A stretch of 36,947 nucleotides of DNA from Fidelibacterota bacterium (GTDB taxonomy: Bacteria > Fidelibacterota > Marinisomatia > Marinisomatales > UBA2128): NCBI GenBank assembly GCA_046861645.1, contig JBHHUM010000018.1, forward strand, positions 1 through 36,947, written 5' to 3'. Below the pieces are notes generated by a model, which saw only the letters and a program-made list of their open reading frames with translations, searched no databases and was not told where the DNA came from. Position numbers and translations under genes: made by a program. Shown here in pieces: positions 8,269 through 18,825 of this stretch (position 1 is the first letter of the stretch; each line of letters starts with the position of its first letter).

Positions 8269-9168
8269 TTGAATCATAAACTACTTCATCATTTTATATC
8301 CGTTTTACAAGCACTCCTAGTCACCTTCCTCTGGTCAACTTCTTTTATTATTATTAAATGGGGATTGGCTGAAATTCCCCCTCTTACCTTTGCTGGGCTG
8401 CGCTATATATTAGCCTCTCTTTGTTTTCTACCACTCCTCCTGAAAAAGAAATATTCGACGGAAATCAGAAATCTCACATCACATCAATGGAAAAAACTTA
8501 TACTTTTAGGATTAGTTTTTTACACACTCACTCAGGGAGCACAGTTTCTGGGATTATCCTTATTGCCTGCAGTAAGTGTAAGCCTTATGCTTAACTTTAC
8601 CCCTTTAATTGTGGCTCTATTAGGTTTCACCTTTTTAAATGAAAAACCGACTGTATTACAATGGTTAGGGGCGACACTTTTTATCTTGGGTGTAATATTC
8701 TACTTCCACCCCATTTCTTTTACTGGTAGTCAGGGCATCGGTTTAATTGTAATGTCTATTGGAGTGCTGGTCAATTCAGGATCATCAATTCTTGGTCGAG
8801 AGGTAAACCGCAACAAAAACATCAGTCCAGTTGTTGTGACCGTCATGAGTATGGGAACTGGAGCTCTTTTACTTCTTATTATCGGTTTCACTGTTACGGG
8901 AGTCCCTTCTATAAGCCTAAAGAATTGGCTTTTTCTCCTATGGTTAGCAGTTATAAATACAGCTTTTGCATTTACTTTATGGAATCTTACTCTCCGCACT
9001 CTCACTGCTATGGAATCGAGTATTATAAACGGAACTATGTTGATTCAGATAGCAATTCTATCCTGGTTTTTTCTTGATGAAAGAATCACACTTCAGGAAG
9101 GTATAGGAATGGTTATAGCAGCTTTTGGAGCTGTATTAGTCCAATTAAAGAGAAAAAATGCTTACTAA
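8269..9168 (+). CDS. DMT/EamA-family transporter
   Basis: About 10 hydrophobic helices. Motifs LWSTSFIIIKWGL, PPLTFAGLR, FLNEKP and FFLDERIT indicate two EamA repeats. TTG start. Confidence 0.92.
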   Translation: MNHKLLHHFISVLQALLVTFLWSTSFIIIKWGLAEIPPLTFAGLRYILASLCFLPLLLKKKYSTEIRNLTSHQWKKLILLGLVFYTLTQGAQFLGLSLLPAVSVSLMLNFTPLIVALLGFTFLNEKPTVLQWLGATLFILGVIFYFHPISFTGSQGIGLIVMSIGVLVNSGSSILGREVNRNKNISPVVVTVMSMGTGALLLLIIGFTVTGVPSISLKNWLFLLWLAVINTAFAFTLWNLTLRTLTAMESSIINGTMLIQIAILSWFFLDERITLQEGIGMVIAAFGAVLVQLKRKNAY

Positions 9169-9291
9169 ATTCAGCCGAAAACTTCTTCCAGTTCTTTAAT
9201 TCAGGGGAATACCAAACTCGCCCAAAACTCTCAATACATTAAATCTGGTGGGTTCAGGATCTACCCGTGTTTGGCTGATCCAAATGACTAT

Positions 9292-11553
9292 TTAATAAGA
9301 CTGTGCAATCAGATTCAGAGCCGAACCAGCCTTAAACCAGTCGATCTGAATGGAAGAATAACTGTGATTCAACAAGGCAGTATGAGTTGTGCCATCAGAA
9401 TGACTGATAACCATTTGCAGTTGACTTCCAGGTAAAAATTCTGTTAATCCCTGGATGGAAACCCGGTCATCCTCTCGTATTACATCATAATCATCTGGAT
9501 TGTGAAATGTTAAAGCTAAAACGCCCTGCTTTTTCAGATTAGTCTCATGGATGCGGGCAAAACTACGGGATATGACAGCTCTTCCTCCCAGATACCGAGG
9601 TTCCATAGCTGCATGTTCTCTACTCGATCCTTCACCATAGTTTTCATCACCGATGACTACCCAATCGACGCCTTCTGCTTTATAGGTACGGGCAATTTCT
9701 GAGAAACGGAGATTACGCTCACCTGTAAATATATTGATACCTTTGTCTATTTTGTCATTAAAGGCATTTACGGCACCAATGAAGAGATTATTGGAGATAT
9801 TATCAAGATGTCCACGAAACCGTAACCACGGTCCTGCAGGAGAAATATGATCAGTAGTGCACTTTCCTTTGACTTTCAGAAGAATCGGTAAATTATCCAA
9901 ATCTTTCCCCTCCCAAGCAGGAAATGGTTCCAAAAGCTGTAACCGCTCGCTCTGGGGAGAAACCTTAATCTCCAGATCACTAACGTCTTTAGGAGGATCT
10001 ACATAACCCTCCTTACCCAAATCAAACCCATTTCTGGGTAATTCATCACCAACTGGAGGATCAAGCTCTACCTTTTCACCTTCATCATTTAAGAGTGAAT
10101 CTGTCAGAGGATTGAAAGAAAGGGTCCCACCAATAGCCAGAGCAGTAACCAGTTCTGGTGACCCAATGAAAGCCAAAGTACCAGAGTTACCATCATTTCT
10201 CTTGGCAAAGTTGCGATTGAAAGAAGTGACAATAGTATTCACTTCACCTTCCTCCTTATCCGTCCGATTCCATTGCCCAATACAAGGACCACAGGCATTG
10301 GCTAAAACTGTAGCCCCTAAGTCTGTTAATACGGCAAGTTGTCCATCTCTTTCGATAGTTGCACGAATCTGTTCTGATCCAGGCGTCACCATGAATTTAC
10401 TTTTCGTTTGTAAGCCTTTGGCTTGTGCTTGCCGGGCTAGATGAGCCGCCCGCTCTATATCCTCATAAGAGGAGTTAGTGCAGCTTCCTATGAGGGCAGC
10501 ACTGATCTCATTAGGATATCCTTCCCTCCTAACCTCTTCAGCCATTTCAGAAATAGGACGAGCCAAGTCAGGAGTATGAGGACCTACGAGGTGAGGCTCA
10601 AGCTCAGTCAGGTTTATCTCAATCACCCGATTATAAAATGCTTCCGGATTCTCCGACACTTCCTCGTCGGATCGAAGGTATTCAGCTACCCCCTCAGCCA
10701 ATTCAGCTACCCTCTCACGACCTGTGGCTCGGAGAAAAGTCGACATGCGTTCATCAAAAGGAAAAACCGATGTAGTTGCCCCAATCTCCGCACCCATATT
10801 AGTGATAGTCGCTTTTCCAGTGCAACTGATAGACTTTGTTCCTTCACCGAAGTATTCCACTATATGTCCCGTGCCCCCTTTAACAGTTAAAATACCTGCA
10901 AGTTTAAGGATGATATCTTTAGATGATGTCCAGCCAGACAGTTCTCCAGTCAATTTCACACCGATAATTCCCGGCCAGAGAAGTTCCCAGGGCATTCCGG
11001 TCAGCGCATCCACGACATCGGCACCTCCCACTCCAATAGCTATCATTCCCAGACCTCCAGCGTTGGGGGTATGCGAATCGGTACCAATCATCATCCCCCC
11101 GGGGAAAGCGTAGTTCTCCAGAATCACCTGGTGGATAATTCCCGAGCCCGGTTTCCAGAATCCTAATCCATATTTCTGGGACACTGTCTGGAGAAAACTG
11201 TAAATCTCGGCATTCTCTGTATTAGCGTTGGCAAGATCTTCCTCTGCTCCTACTTCTGCCCGGATAAGATGATCACAATGCACTGTAGCAGGAACTGACG
11301 TGTGACGTCGACCAGCCATCATAAACTGGAGTAATGCCATCTGAGCAGTAGCATCCTGCATGGTCACCCGGTCGGGATGAAAGTTTATATAACTTTTGAG
11401 CCGTTCTGGTCGATACTGTAGAGGTTCAGCTAAGTGTGCCACCAGAATTTTTTCCGTTAGCGTCAATGGTCGACGAAATATCTCTCGCGCCTCGATCACC
11501 TTTTCTGGAATTGAAAGGTAAGCGGAAGTAATCATTTCTAAATCCTTGATCAT
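9292..11553 (-). CDS. acnA: Aconitate hydratase (mitochondrial-type, about 750 aa)
   Basis: [23 protein letters not shown], [4Fe-4S] ligands in [11 protein letters not shown] and [28 protein letters not shown]. Confidence 0.95.
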   Translation of the reverse strand: MIKDLEMITSAYLSIPEKVIEAREIFRRPLTLTEKILVAHLAEPLQYRPERLKSYINFHPDRVTMQDATAQMALLQFMMAGRRHTSVPATVHCDHLIRAEVGAEEDLANANTENAEIYSFLQTVSQKYGLGFWKPGSGIIHQVILENYAFPGGMMIGTDSHTPNAGGLGMIAIGVGGADVVDALTGMPWELLWPGIIGVKLTGELSGWTSSKDIILKLAGILTVKGGTGHIVEYFGEGTKSISCTGKATITNMGAEIGATTSVFPFDERMSTFLRATGRERVAELAEGVAEYLRSDEEVSENPEAFYNRVIEINLTELEPHLVGPHTPDLARPISEMAEEVRREGYPNEISAALIGSCTNSSYEDIERAAHLARQAQAKGLQTKSKFMVTPGSEQIRATIERDGQLAVLTDLGATVLANACGPCIGQWNRTDKEEGEVNTIVTSFNRNFAKRNDGNSGTLAFIGSPELVTALAIGGTLSFNPLTDSLLNDEGEKVELDPPVGDELPRNGFDLGKEGYVDPPKDVSDLEIKVSPQSERLQLLEPFPAWEGKDLDNLPILLKVKGKCTTDHISPAGPWLRFRGHLDNISNNLFIGAVNAFNDKIDKGINIFTGERNLRFSEIARTYKAEGVDWVVIGDENYGEGSSREHAAMEPRYLGGRAVISRSFARIHETNLKKQGVLALTFHNPDDYDVIREDDRVSIQGLTEFLPGSQLQMVISHSDGTTHTALLNHSYSSIQIDWFKAGSALNLIAQSY

Positions 11554-11665
11554 GATAAAATATTCTCCGAGGTTGTGCTATTTAATCGTCGGTAACCGGA
11601 CACTTTGAGAAGGAACTGACTTTTAATTTACTCGTATCACGGAAAGAATTGCTTTGGGAAATTAC

Positions 11666-14600
11666 ATGAAGGCACACGAAATTTCAATTCCAATTAAGTC
11701 CTACTACCCTGTGAAAAACACTCAACCAAAATATGTTGCCTTGCTACTATCTTCTGTAGCTGTCCTTTACGCTTCAGACTGGCAAATCATAGAAAGCACG
11801 ACTGAGCGATTGATCATCTCTGCTGAGTTTTCTCCTGGGAAAACCGAAATACTACCCAAAGAGATAAGCCTGACCGTGGGGCTACCCAGTAATAAATTAC
11901 CTCAACTTCAGATTAATGAACTCAACTCTAAACCTGTCAACATACAGAATCTTAAACCAGAGGTCACGCTTCCTCAAAGAGTCTTTCGCTGGGAACAGGC
12001 GGGACGATTCAGGGACTTGTACACGGCTGTTTTAGTTGTAGCCCCCTTGATCAAGAGAAACAATTCTACACATGCGGTACACTCAGCTCAAGTTACCATA
12101 TCTTTTACCGAGCGATTTCACAAGGGTAAGAGAGTTCAGGGAAGTGAACTACAGCTTTATCGTCACCGTATTATCAACTGGAATACAGCTAAAAATTGGG
12201 TGCATCACTCTACACCCACAAATCGGTCTAAATCGGTAGTTCTCCCCGCAGGTGACTGGTTCCGTATCCCCATCACTATGGATGGCATGGTTAAAATAAC
12301 TTATGACATCCTGGATGATTTAGGAATAGCAGTGAACACAATCGACCCACGTTATTTACGGTTATACACCAATCCTCAGGGTGGAAGACCCATGTCCACA
12401 TCCGTGAATAGCGACATCCCGGAAAACCTAATTGAAGTCGCTATTTCCATTACCGGAGAAGATGACGCTTCATTCGACAGTAACGACGAACTGTTATTTT
12501 ATGCTAGGGGTCCTCGGGGCTTTGATATTAAAGGTCCTACTTCGGTAGAGTACACCCAAAATCCCTACACGAATATAAACTACTACTGGCTTTTAGTACC
12601 GTCAACCTACGACATTCCTGGTCAACGGGTTAGCACGATCAATGAATCACCCAATAACCCGGTACCTCTTGACTTTGGAATCGCCTTCATACATCAGGAG
12701 ACAGATTCAGAAAATCCATACGAAAGTGGTATCGAATGGTTTGGGACTATTTTTACTAAAGGACAGACTATTTCCAGTTCATTCTCAATCAATCATCCTA
12801 AACAAAGTGTGGATGCTACCCTTGAATTTGCCCTAAAAGGTGCTAAAATTAGTGAATCTGGTAACTTGCCAGCTCATATTATTAAAGTCTATCAACAAAG
12901 CAAATCAAATGGACCTCTAGGTACTTTTTCTTTTAGTGGTGTTTCCGTACCAGAATACACTGTCGAACTTGACGAATCACTTCTTGCCAATGGCATCAAC
13001 TATTTCCTCTTTGAAAATGCTTCAACCAATTCCAATTCAAAACTTTACCAGGACTGGTCAACACTTCAATATGGCAGGGAATTAATTTGGGAGGGAGCAG
13101 AGTTTGAATTCTGGACTCCAGTTAATGTCACCGCAGCCCGATTCTCTATTGATAATGCTACTGACAACCTGGAGATTTGGGATATAACCAATTTTGCTGA
13201 AATAAAAAGCATGGAGATTAACACCGTTACTGGAACGGGTAGTTTTGAGCGGGTACTCTCTGAAGAAAATATGATGCGTTTCATTGCCTTTTCTCCTGAA
13301 AACGTTGCCGAAGTGGTTGGAATAAATCCTGAAACTGAAATCACCTTCACTAATCTTAGAAATACAACCTATCCCGTCAACCATATAATAATTGTACCTC
13401 AGGAGTTTTTAGGACCAGCCAATGACCTTGCTACATATCGTAAAAACTCTAAAGTAGCTTTACTGGAGACGATTTATAACGAGTTTTCAGGTGGAGTCGC
13501 TGATCCCTTAGCCATAAGGTATTTTCTAAAGTGGGCTAAAGAATACTGGCGTGACCCAACATATGATTCCTTTCCATCCTATGTTCTTCTATTTGGCGAT
13601 GGCGATTATGATTACCGGAACATTACCGGAAATTCCAACACTCGTATCCCCACATTTCAATCACTTACATTGAACGGGATTTCCTCTGATGACCGTTTCG
13701 TCTATCTAGATGGAACTACTCCTGATATGGCTATAGGACGTTTTACCGCATCGACATTGACTGAAGCTGATATCATGGTAGCCAAGACAATAGCCTATGA
13801 ATCTGAACCAGAGATTGGTCTTTGGCGGCGAAGGATCACCTTGGTAGCTGACGACTTTTCGGCACCTTCTACTTCCATAATTACAGAAAAAACTCATGTT
13901 GAGAACAGTGAAGATGTAGCTGACCTGATTTCAGATGGTTTGGAAATACGAAAAATATATACTGAGGGATACCCTGCAGTTAGTGATGGTTCAAGTTTCG
14001 GTTTGACTCGTCCGGGTGCCACTCAAGCTCTCTTTGATGTGTTATTAGAAGGAACTGCATTAATCAACTTCATTGGACATGGCAATCCTAATCAGTGGAC
14101 TCACGAAACCTTACTCTCTACTAGTAGAGGTGACTTATCTTCAATTAATACGGGGTTGCGACTACCCATTTGGATCGCTGGAACTTGTAGTTGGGGTAAA
14201 TACGATAATGTGAGTGGCAGCGCAATGTCAGAGGAACTAATGCGAATGGAGGAAAATGGTGCTATCGCAATTATTTCTACGACCGATCCCATTTCTTTTG
14301 GCGCAAATGAGCAATTTATTAAGAATATTTTTCAGGCGTTATTCGATGACGAGTCACTCACTGGCCTACCTTTGGGAGCGGTCTTTCAAACCATAAAAAC
14401 TGGAGGTTATGGTAGTGAGCTCTTTCATCTGTTTGGTGATCCTGCTTTACGAATCTGTGTACCGGGAGATACTTTATCGTCTCCCTTACTTCCTGATACT
14501 CTAATGGCCCTGGCAACAGCAAATTATAGCGGTACATCAGCTCTCACTCAACCTGATGTAGGTGATGGATTTGCAATTCTGTATGATAGTGAATCAGAAG

Positions 14601-15505
14601 CTAATTTTAATTATACACTTGGTGATGTAGAATATGCTGTACCTTACACTAAATCCGGTAAGACACTTTTCCGTGGAGCAATTTCGTTTTCTAATAATGG
14701 ATATAATGGCGGTTTTATTCTACCGAAAGATGTCACTGTGGATGGAAATAGAGGCAAGTTTGTAATTTACCTTTACGGTAATCAAGATAACCGCTTGTGG
14801 GAGGGATTAGGTGTTCATGGAAATTTGATATTTATCGGTGGAACAACCAATTCTCTGGACGATGATGGACCCCAGATCACCTTTTCATCAAATAACCGTA
14901 CGATTGGCTGGGGTGATCAATTGTCTACCGAAGCTGAACTTACCATAGAATTAGCTGACCCTGCCGGTATTAATCTCACCGGAGAGGTAGGTCACGCCAT
15001 TCGTATTTGGCAGAATGAGGACGAATCAACAGCCGAGGAAGTCACAGATCTTTTTCTCTATGATACAGGAAGTTACACTGAGGGAACCATTTCTTATACT
15101 CTTCCTAGTCTTAATGACGAGATCATGCTCACTATTGAAGCCTGGGATAACGCTAATAATGTTGCCCAGGATAATATTAAAGTGAAACTCGTTGAATCAT
15201 CACAATTTACTTTAAGTAATATCTTTAATTATCCAAATCCTTTCAGTAAGACCACTCAATTTGCTTTTGAAGTCAGTCAACCAGCTGCTGTAAATATCAA
15301 GATTTTCACACTGACTGGTCAATTAGTGGCTGAGGTAGGAGATCAGTTTACCTCACATTACGGTTATAGTCACATTAACTGGGATGGTAGGGATGATTTC
15401 GGTGACGAAATTGCCAACGGCGCTTATTTATATCAGCTTACGGCAATCCCCGACGACGGTGGGAAAAAAGTGTCGGTGATTGGCAAGCTGGCAAAATACC
15501 GATGA
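11666..15505 (+). CDS. porU: Type IX secretion sortase PorU homologue (peptidase C25/gingipain fold) with C-terminal FlgD-Ig sorting domain
   Basis: IYNEFSGG..DPLAIRYFLK, YVLLFGDGDYDYR, catalytic His in INFIGHG and Cys in AGTCSWGKYD, LFGDPAL, AWDNANN, NYPNPF. The start could be GTG 11711 (signal peptide MKNTQPKYVALLLSSVAVLYA) or TTG 11654. Confidence 0.88.
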   Translation: MKAHEISIPIKSYYPVKNTQPKYVALLLSSVAVLYASDWQIIESTTERLIISAEFSPGKTEILPKEISLTVGLPSNKLPQLQINELNSKPVNIQNLKPEVTLPQRVFRWEQAGRFRDLYTAVLVVAPLIKRNNSTHAVHSAQVTISFTERFHKGKRVQGSELQLYRHRIINWNTAKNWVHHSTPTNRSKSVVLPAGDWFRIPITMDGMVKITYDILDDLGIAVNTIDPRYLRLYTNPQGGRPMSTSVNSDIPENLIEVAISITGEDDASFDSNDELLFYARGPRGFDIKGPTSVEYTQNPYTNINYYWLLVPSTYDIPGQRVSTINESPNNPVPLDFGIAFIHQETDSENPYESGIEWFGTIFTKGQTISSSFSINHPKQSVDATLEFALKGAKISESGNLPAHIIKVYQQSKSNGPLGTFSFSGVSVPEYTVELDESLLANGINYFLFENASTNSNSKLYQDWSTLQYGRELIWEGAEFEFWTPVNVTAARFSIDNATDNLEIWDITNFAEIKSMEINTVTGTGSFERVLSEENMMRFIAFSPENVAEVVGINPETEITFTNLRNTTYPVNHIIIVPQEFLGPANDLATYRKNSKVALLETIYNEFSGGVADPLAIRYFLKWAKEYWRDPTYDSFPSYVLLFGDGDYDYRNITGNSNTRIPTFQSLTLNGISSDDRFVYLDGTTPDMAIGRFTASTLTEADIMVAKTIAYESEPEIGLWRRRITLVADDFSAPSTSIITEKTHVENSEDVADLISDGLEIRKIYTEGYPAVSDGSSFGLTRPGATQALFDVLLEGTALINFIGHGNPNQWTHETLLSTSRGDLSSINTGLRLPIWIAGTCSWGKYDNVSGSAMSEELMRMEENGAIAIISTTDPISFGANEQFIKNIFQALFDDESLTGLPLGAVFQTIKTGGYGSELFHLFGDPALRICVPGDTLSSPLLPDTLMALATANYSGTSALTQPDVGDGFAILYDSESEANFNYTLGDVEYAVPYTKSGKTLFRGAISFSNNGYNGGFILPKDVTVDGNRGKFVIYLYGNQDNRLWEGLGVHGNLIFIGGTTNSLDDDGPQITFSSNNRTIGWGDQLSTEAELTIELADPAGINLTGEVGHAIRIWQNEDESTAEEVTDLFLYDTGSYTEGTISYTLPSLNDEIMLTIEAWDNANNVAQDNIKVKLVESSQFTLSNIFNYPNPFSKTTQFAFEVSQPAAVNIKIFTLTGQLVAEVGDQFTSHYGYSHINWDGRDDFGDEIANGAYLYQLTAIPDDGGKKVSVIGKLAKYR

Positions 15506-16098
15506 CTGACAAAACTCCCCCTTTCATATTGGCATCCCAATCTCCCCGCCGGAAAGAGCTTTTGAAAAAACTGGAGATAAAATTTGAGGTTTACCCGAGC
15601 AACATTGAAGAAACTCTTGATAATTATCAAAAACCTGAAATTATTGCAGAGGATTTATCCCGTCAAAAAGCCAATGATGTCGCAATTCATTTCCCGGATA
15701 AGATTGTTATTGGTGCCGATACTATCGTAGTAATTGATCATGAGATATTGGGTAAACCTACAGATCATGCTCATGCTGTAAAGATGCTTCGTCGCCTATC
15801 TGGGCGAACCCATGAAGTGTATACCGGGGTAACCCTGGTTCGCTTATCTCGGAACGCTGAGTTCAGTTTTTCAGAAAGAACCGAGGTCACCTTCCATACA
15901 TTGTCCACAGAGGAGATCAATGCATACGTCAAGAGCAATCCACCCCTTGATAAAGCCGGTGGATATGGAATACAGGATTGGGAGGCAAAATTCGTAGATA
16001 CCTTTTCTGGTTGTCGAGATAATGTTATTGGTTTTCCATTGCAAAAATTCAATGATTATATTACTTCTTCAGTTTTTTCAGATACTTTCGGCCTGTAA
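15502..16098 (+). CDS. maf: Maf-family nucleoside triphosphate pyrophosphatase (YhdE-like)
   Basis: ILASQSPRRKELL, IGADTIV, ILGKP, LSGRTHEVYTGV, DKAGGYGIQ. ATGA overlap with the porU stop. Confidence 0.95.
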   Translation: MTDKTPPFILASQSPRRKELLKKLEIKFEVYPSNIEETLDNYQKPEIIAEDLSRQKANDVAIHFPDKIVIGADTIVVIDHEILGKPTDHAHAVKMLRRLSGRTHEVYTGVTLVRLSRNAEFSFSERTEVTFHTLSTEEINAYVKSNPPLDKAGGYGIQDWEAKFVDTFSGCRDNVIGFPLQKFNDYITSSVFSDTFGL

Positions 16099-16272
16099 TT
16101 TGTTATTATTAAGTTGATTATATTATTGGTCAAACAAAATATTAATGTCTCAAATACATTCAGGGATATCATAGAATAATTACTCATCACATGCCAAATA
16201 ACGTACTCCTGCATTCTATATCTGTAATTTTTCATCTAATAGCATATCTATGGATTAGCAAAGAGATTTGGT

Positions 16273-16303
16273 TTGGAAAGGAGTGGGAATCAACGTAAAA
16301 TTG
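16273..16303 (+). promoter_or_regulatory. Candidate sigma70-type promoter for the RodZ-like gene
   Basis: TTGGAA (16273-16278), 17-bp spacer, TAAAAT(TG) (16296-16303), 25 nt before the ATG. Confidence 0.45.
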
Positions 16304-16328
16304 TTCCCTCTGAACAAAATAACCTGTT

Positions 16329-16907
16329 ATGTCATTCTACACTGATCTGAAAAAAACTCGCCGAGAAAAAGAGATTGATCTCAGCGAAATCACTAACCGC
16401 ACAAAGATTAATCAGGCTTATTTAGAGTCCATCGAAAAGGGTGAATTCACCTTCTTACCACATGTTTACGTACGGCTTTTCCTGAGGGCTTATGCTATCG
16501 AAATTGGAATTGATCCAGATGAGACTGTGAACCAGATGGAAATTTTTCTAACGAAGGAACAGATTACCCCACCAGAACAACTCACCATCGATGACACCAT
16601 GAAGGAAGATCATCTAGAAGACTATCTGGAACCAGCTAAATCTCCTCTCGAATCACGAAAAGATTTTATCAAAGTAGCCATCCTGGTAGCAATCTTCATT
16701 TTTGCTATCTTTATAATTAAACAGATCACTGCTAATAAAAAGGGTGTCGAGGAACACTTCCCGACAACACTTTCACAACCAGAAAAGCAATCCTCCTATT
16801 CTAAAGGTTCTACTACCTCAAACCCTCAAGTAGAAGGTGAAATCTCCCTTCCATCTGAAGAGGAACTGACCGAACAACCCTCGACAGATACTCCCTCAAA
16901 AGAGTAA
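16329..16907 (+). CDS. RodZ-like membrane-anchored helix-turn-helix protein
   Basis: LKKTR..KEIDLSEI..RTKI..AYLESIEKGEF..LP..YVRLFLRAYA..IG is the RodZ-type HTH. One TM helix (VAILVAIFIFAIFII) and a short low-complexity S/T/E/P tail follow. Confidence 0.85.
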   Translation: MSFYTDLKKTRREKEIDLSEITNRTKINQAYLESIEKGEFTFLPHVYVRLFLRAYAIEIGIDPDETVNQMEIFLTKEQITPPEQLTIDDTMKEDHLEDYLEPAKSPLESRKDFIKVAILVAIFIFAIFIIKQITANKKGVEEHFPTTLSQPEKQSSYSKGSTTSNPQVEGEISLPSEEELTEQPSTDTPSKE

Positions 16908-16989
16908 CCTTCTCCTCTTTCTGAGGAGAGTCCTCCCCCTTTCTACCCTATTTATTTCAACGATTCCTTGAGTGAAATGCAATTTTTAC

Positions 16990-17034
16990 TTGACATTTGT
17001 GGGTTAAAAGATTAATGTTGTGGGTGATAGTGGG
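16990..17034 (+). promoter_or_regulatory. dcw/mraZ promoter with MraZ-binding direct repeats
   Basis: TTGACA (16990-16995), 17 bp, TAATGT (17013-17018). GTGGG repeats at 16999, 17020 and 17030 (spacings 21 and 10), matching the known MraZ GTGG/TGGG box periodicity. Confidence 0.8.
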
Positions 17035-17063
17035 GAATTTTCCCTACCTCTTCTTCGAGATTA

Positions 17064-17525
17064 ATGATTTCAGAAAATACATTTACAGGTGAGTTTCTCT
17101 ATTCTTTGGATGACAAAGGGCGAGTTAATATTCCGTCCAAGTTCCGGTCATCATTATCTCCGGACAATGATTCCACTTTTATCATTACTAAAGGGATGGA
17201 TCCGTGTGTAGTGGCTTATCCGGCTACGGAATGGCGTAAAGTGGAAGAGGGTTTACGTCAACTTTCATCGGCATCTCAGGTCTATCGTTCATTTATCAGA
17301 TCAACTGTCCGCTATGCCACCCCCGCAAAAATGGATAAACAGGGACGAATTCAAATTTCCCCTGCCTTGCGGGATTTTGCGGGGCTGGTTAGGGACGTGA
17401 TTATCATCGGTGTAGTGAACAAGATAGAAATATGGAATCCAGATAAATTAAAGGAATTGGAAGCTTCTATGCCTCCTACGGTTCAGGAAGAATTGGATAA
17501 CTTAGCCGAAAAGATAATTCTATAA
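17064..17525 (+). CDS. mraZ: Division/cell wall cluster transcriptional regulator MraZ
   Basis: Two DxKGR/DKQGR motifs (LDDKGRVNIP, MDKQGRIQI), IEIWN; first gene of the dcw cluster. Confidence 0.97.
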   Translation: MISENTFTGEFLYSLDDKGRVNIPSKFRSSLSPDNDSTFIITKGMDPCVVAYPATEWRKVEEGLRQLSSASQVYRSFIRSTVRYATPAKMDKQGRIQISPALRDFAGLVRDVIIIGVVNKIEIWNPDKLKELEASMPPTVQEELDNLAEKIIL

Positions 17526-17527
17526 CA

Positions 17528-18472
17528 TTGGAAGAGAAATGTTCTTCAGACCAACTCACACATATCCCCGTCCTCCTCAGAGAAGTTATCAGATTTTTAA
17601 AGGTGAACCCAGAAGGTATTTATCTGGATGGTACGGTAGGATTGGGTGGTCATGCATCTGCGATCCTCTCTATTCTCTCGGAAAAAGGGACTCTTGTAGG
17701 GGTTGATCTGGATGATGAGGCACTCGCTCGCTGTAAAGATACCATCGGCGCCGCCTCTAATTGTCATCTCGTCCAGGGTTCATTTTCAGATATCCCCGAT
17801 TTTCTCCAAAGGCTTAAAATCCAACAAATCGATGGACTTCTACTTGATTTGGGACTTTCCTCCCTTCAATTGGATAGCCCTCAACGGGGCTTCTCATATC
17901 GATTTGATGGTCCCCTGGATATGAGGTACAGTACGATTCCTCAGATAACTGCACACGATATTGTTAACACATGGTCGGAGTCAGAGCTACGTTCTCTCAT
18001 AAAGAAATATGGTGAGGAAAGGTCTGCTGGTCTCATAGCTAGGACCATTATCCAGGAGAGGGCAAACTCGACGATTGATACAACAATGGAATTACGTACA
18101 ATTGTATCTTCAGTTATACCTGGGAGATTTCTGAACAAATCACTTTCCAGAATTTTTCAGGCAATCCGGATCACTGTAAACGGAGAACTTGAAGCTTTGA
18201 CCCAAGTAGTGAGCAATTTTACGGATTATCTTAAACCACTTGGACGAGCAGTCATTATATCTTACCACTCACTTGAAGACAGAATAGTAAAACATGCTTT
18301 TCGCAACCACGCACGAGATTGTATCTGCCCCCCTGAATTACCAGTCTGCCATTGCGATCACAGAGCTACCGTTCGTCTTCTCACCCACCAGCCGGTGACT
18401 CCCACACAGGATGAGCTTGCCGATAATCCCCGCTCCAAGAGTGCAAAATTAAGAGCCGTAGAGAAACTATGA
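17528..18472 (+). CDS. rsmH: 16S rRNA m4C1402 methyltransferase RsmH
   Basis: HIPVLL, DGTVGLGGH, DLGLSSLQLD..RGFS, GPLDMR, FQAIRI, ISYHSLEDRIVK, NPRSKSAKLR. Confidence 0.97.
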   Translation: MEEKCSSDQLTHIPVLLREVIRFLKVNPEGIYLDGTVGLGGHASAILSILSEKGTLVGVDLDDEALARCKDTIGAASNCHLVQGSFSDIPDFLQRLKIQQIDGLLLDLGLSSLQLDSPQRGFSYRFDGPLDMRYSTIPQITAHDIVNTWSESELRSLIKKYGEERSAGLIARTIIQERANSTIDTTMELRTIVSSVIPGRFLNKSLSRIFQAIRITVNGELEALTQVVSNFTDYLKPLGRAVIISYHSLEDRIVKHAFRNHARDCICPPELPVCHCDHRATVRLLTHQPVTPTQDELADNPRSKSAKLRAVEKL

Positions 18473-18825
18473 GACAATATCCGAGAAAAAGGCAGAGTAG
18501 AACCCGTCGAGGGCAGCAGGATTTCATTAACTCCCTTCTCTTTTTCCTGGTGGCGATCCTATCAATTTCAGGATTATTGACATATCTATGGATATATAAT
18601 GAAATCAATCTGACCATGAGAGAAATAATAGAGCTGGAGCAAATTCACGAGAATCTTCTCACAGAAAATAGGGAGTTAGAGAATACCAATGCCGCCTTGC
18701 GTCGATCGGACAGGATCTCAATGGTGGCCCGTGAAAAACTAGGTATGATCACTCCTTTACCGGAAACATTAGTCGTCTATGTCGATCCAGAAATCCTCGC
18801 CAAACTGGAAAGTTCACATGACTAA
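18469..18825 (+). CDS. ftsL: Cell division protein FtsL
   Basis: Basic N-terminus, one TM helix, coiled coil, RI...AREKLGM motif; canonical position between rsmH and ftsI. Confidence 0.88.
   Translation: MRQYPRKRQSRTRRGQQDFINSLLFFLVAILSISGLLTYLWIYNEINLTMREIIELEQIHENLLTENRELENTNAALRRSDRISMVAREKLGMITPLPETLVVYVDPEILAKLESSHD

Noticed and set aside
9169..9291. Possible gene remnant between the EamA gene and aconitase
   Set aside because: It is too short and has no identifiable motif.
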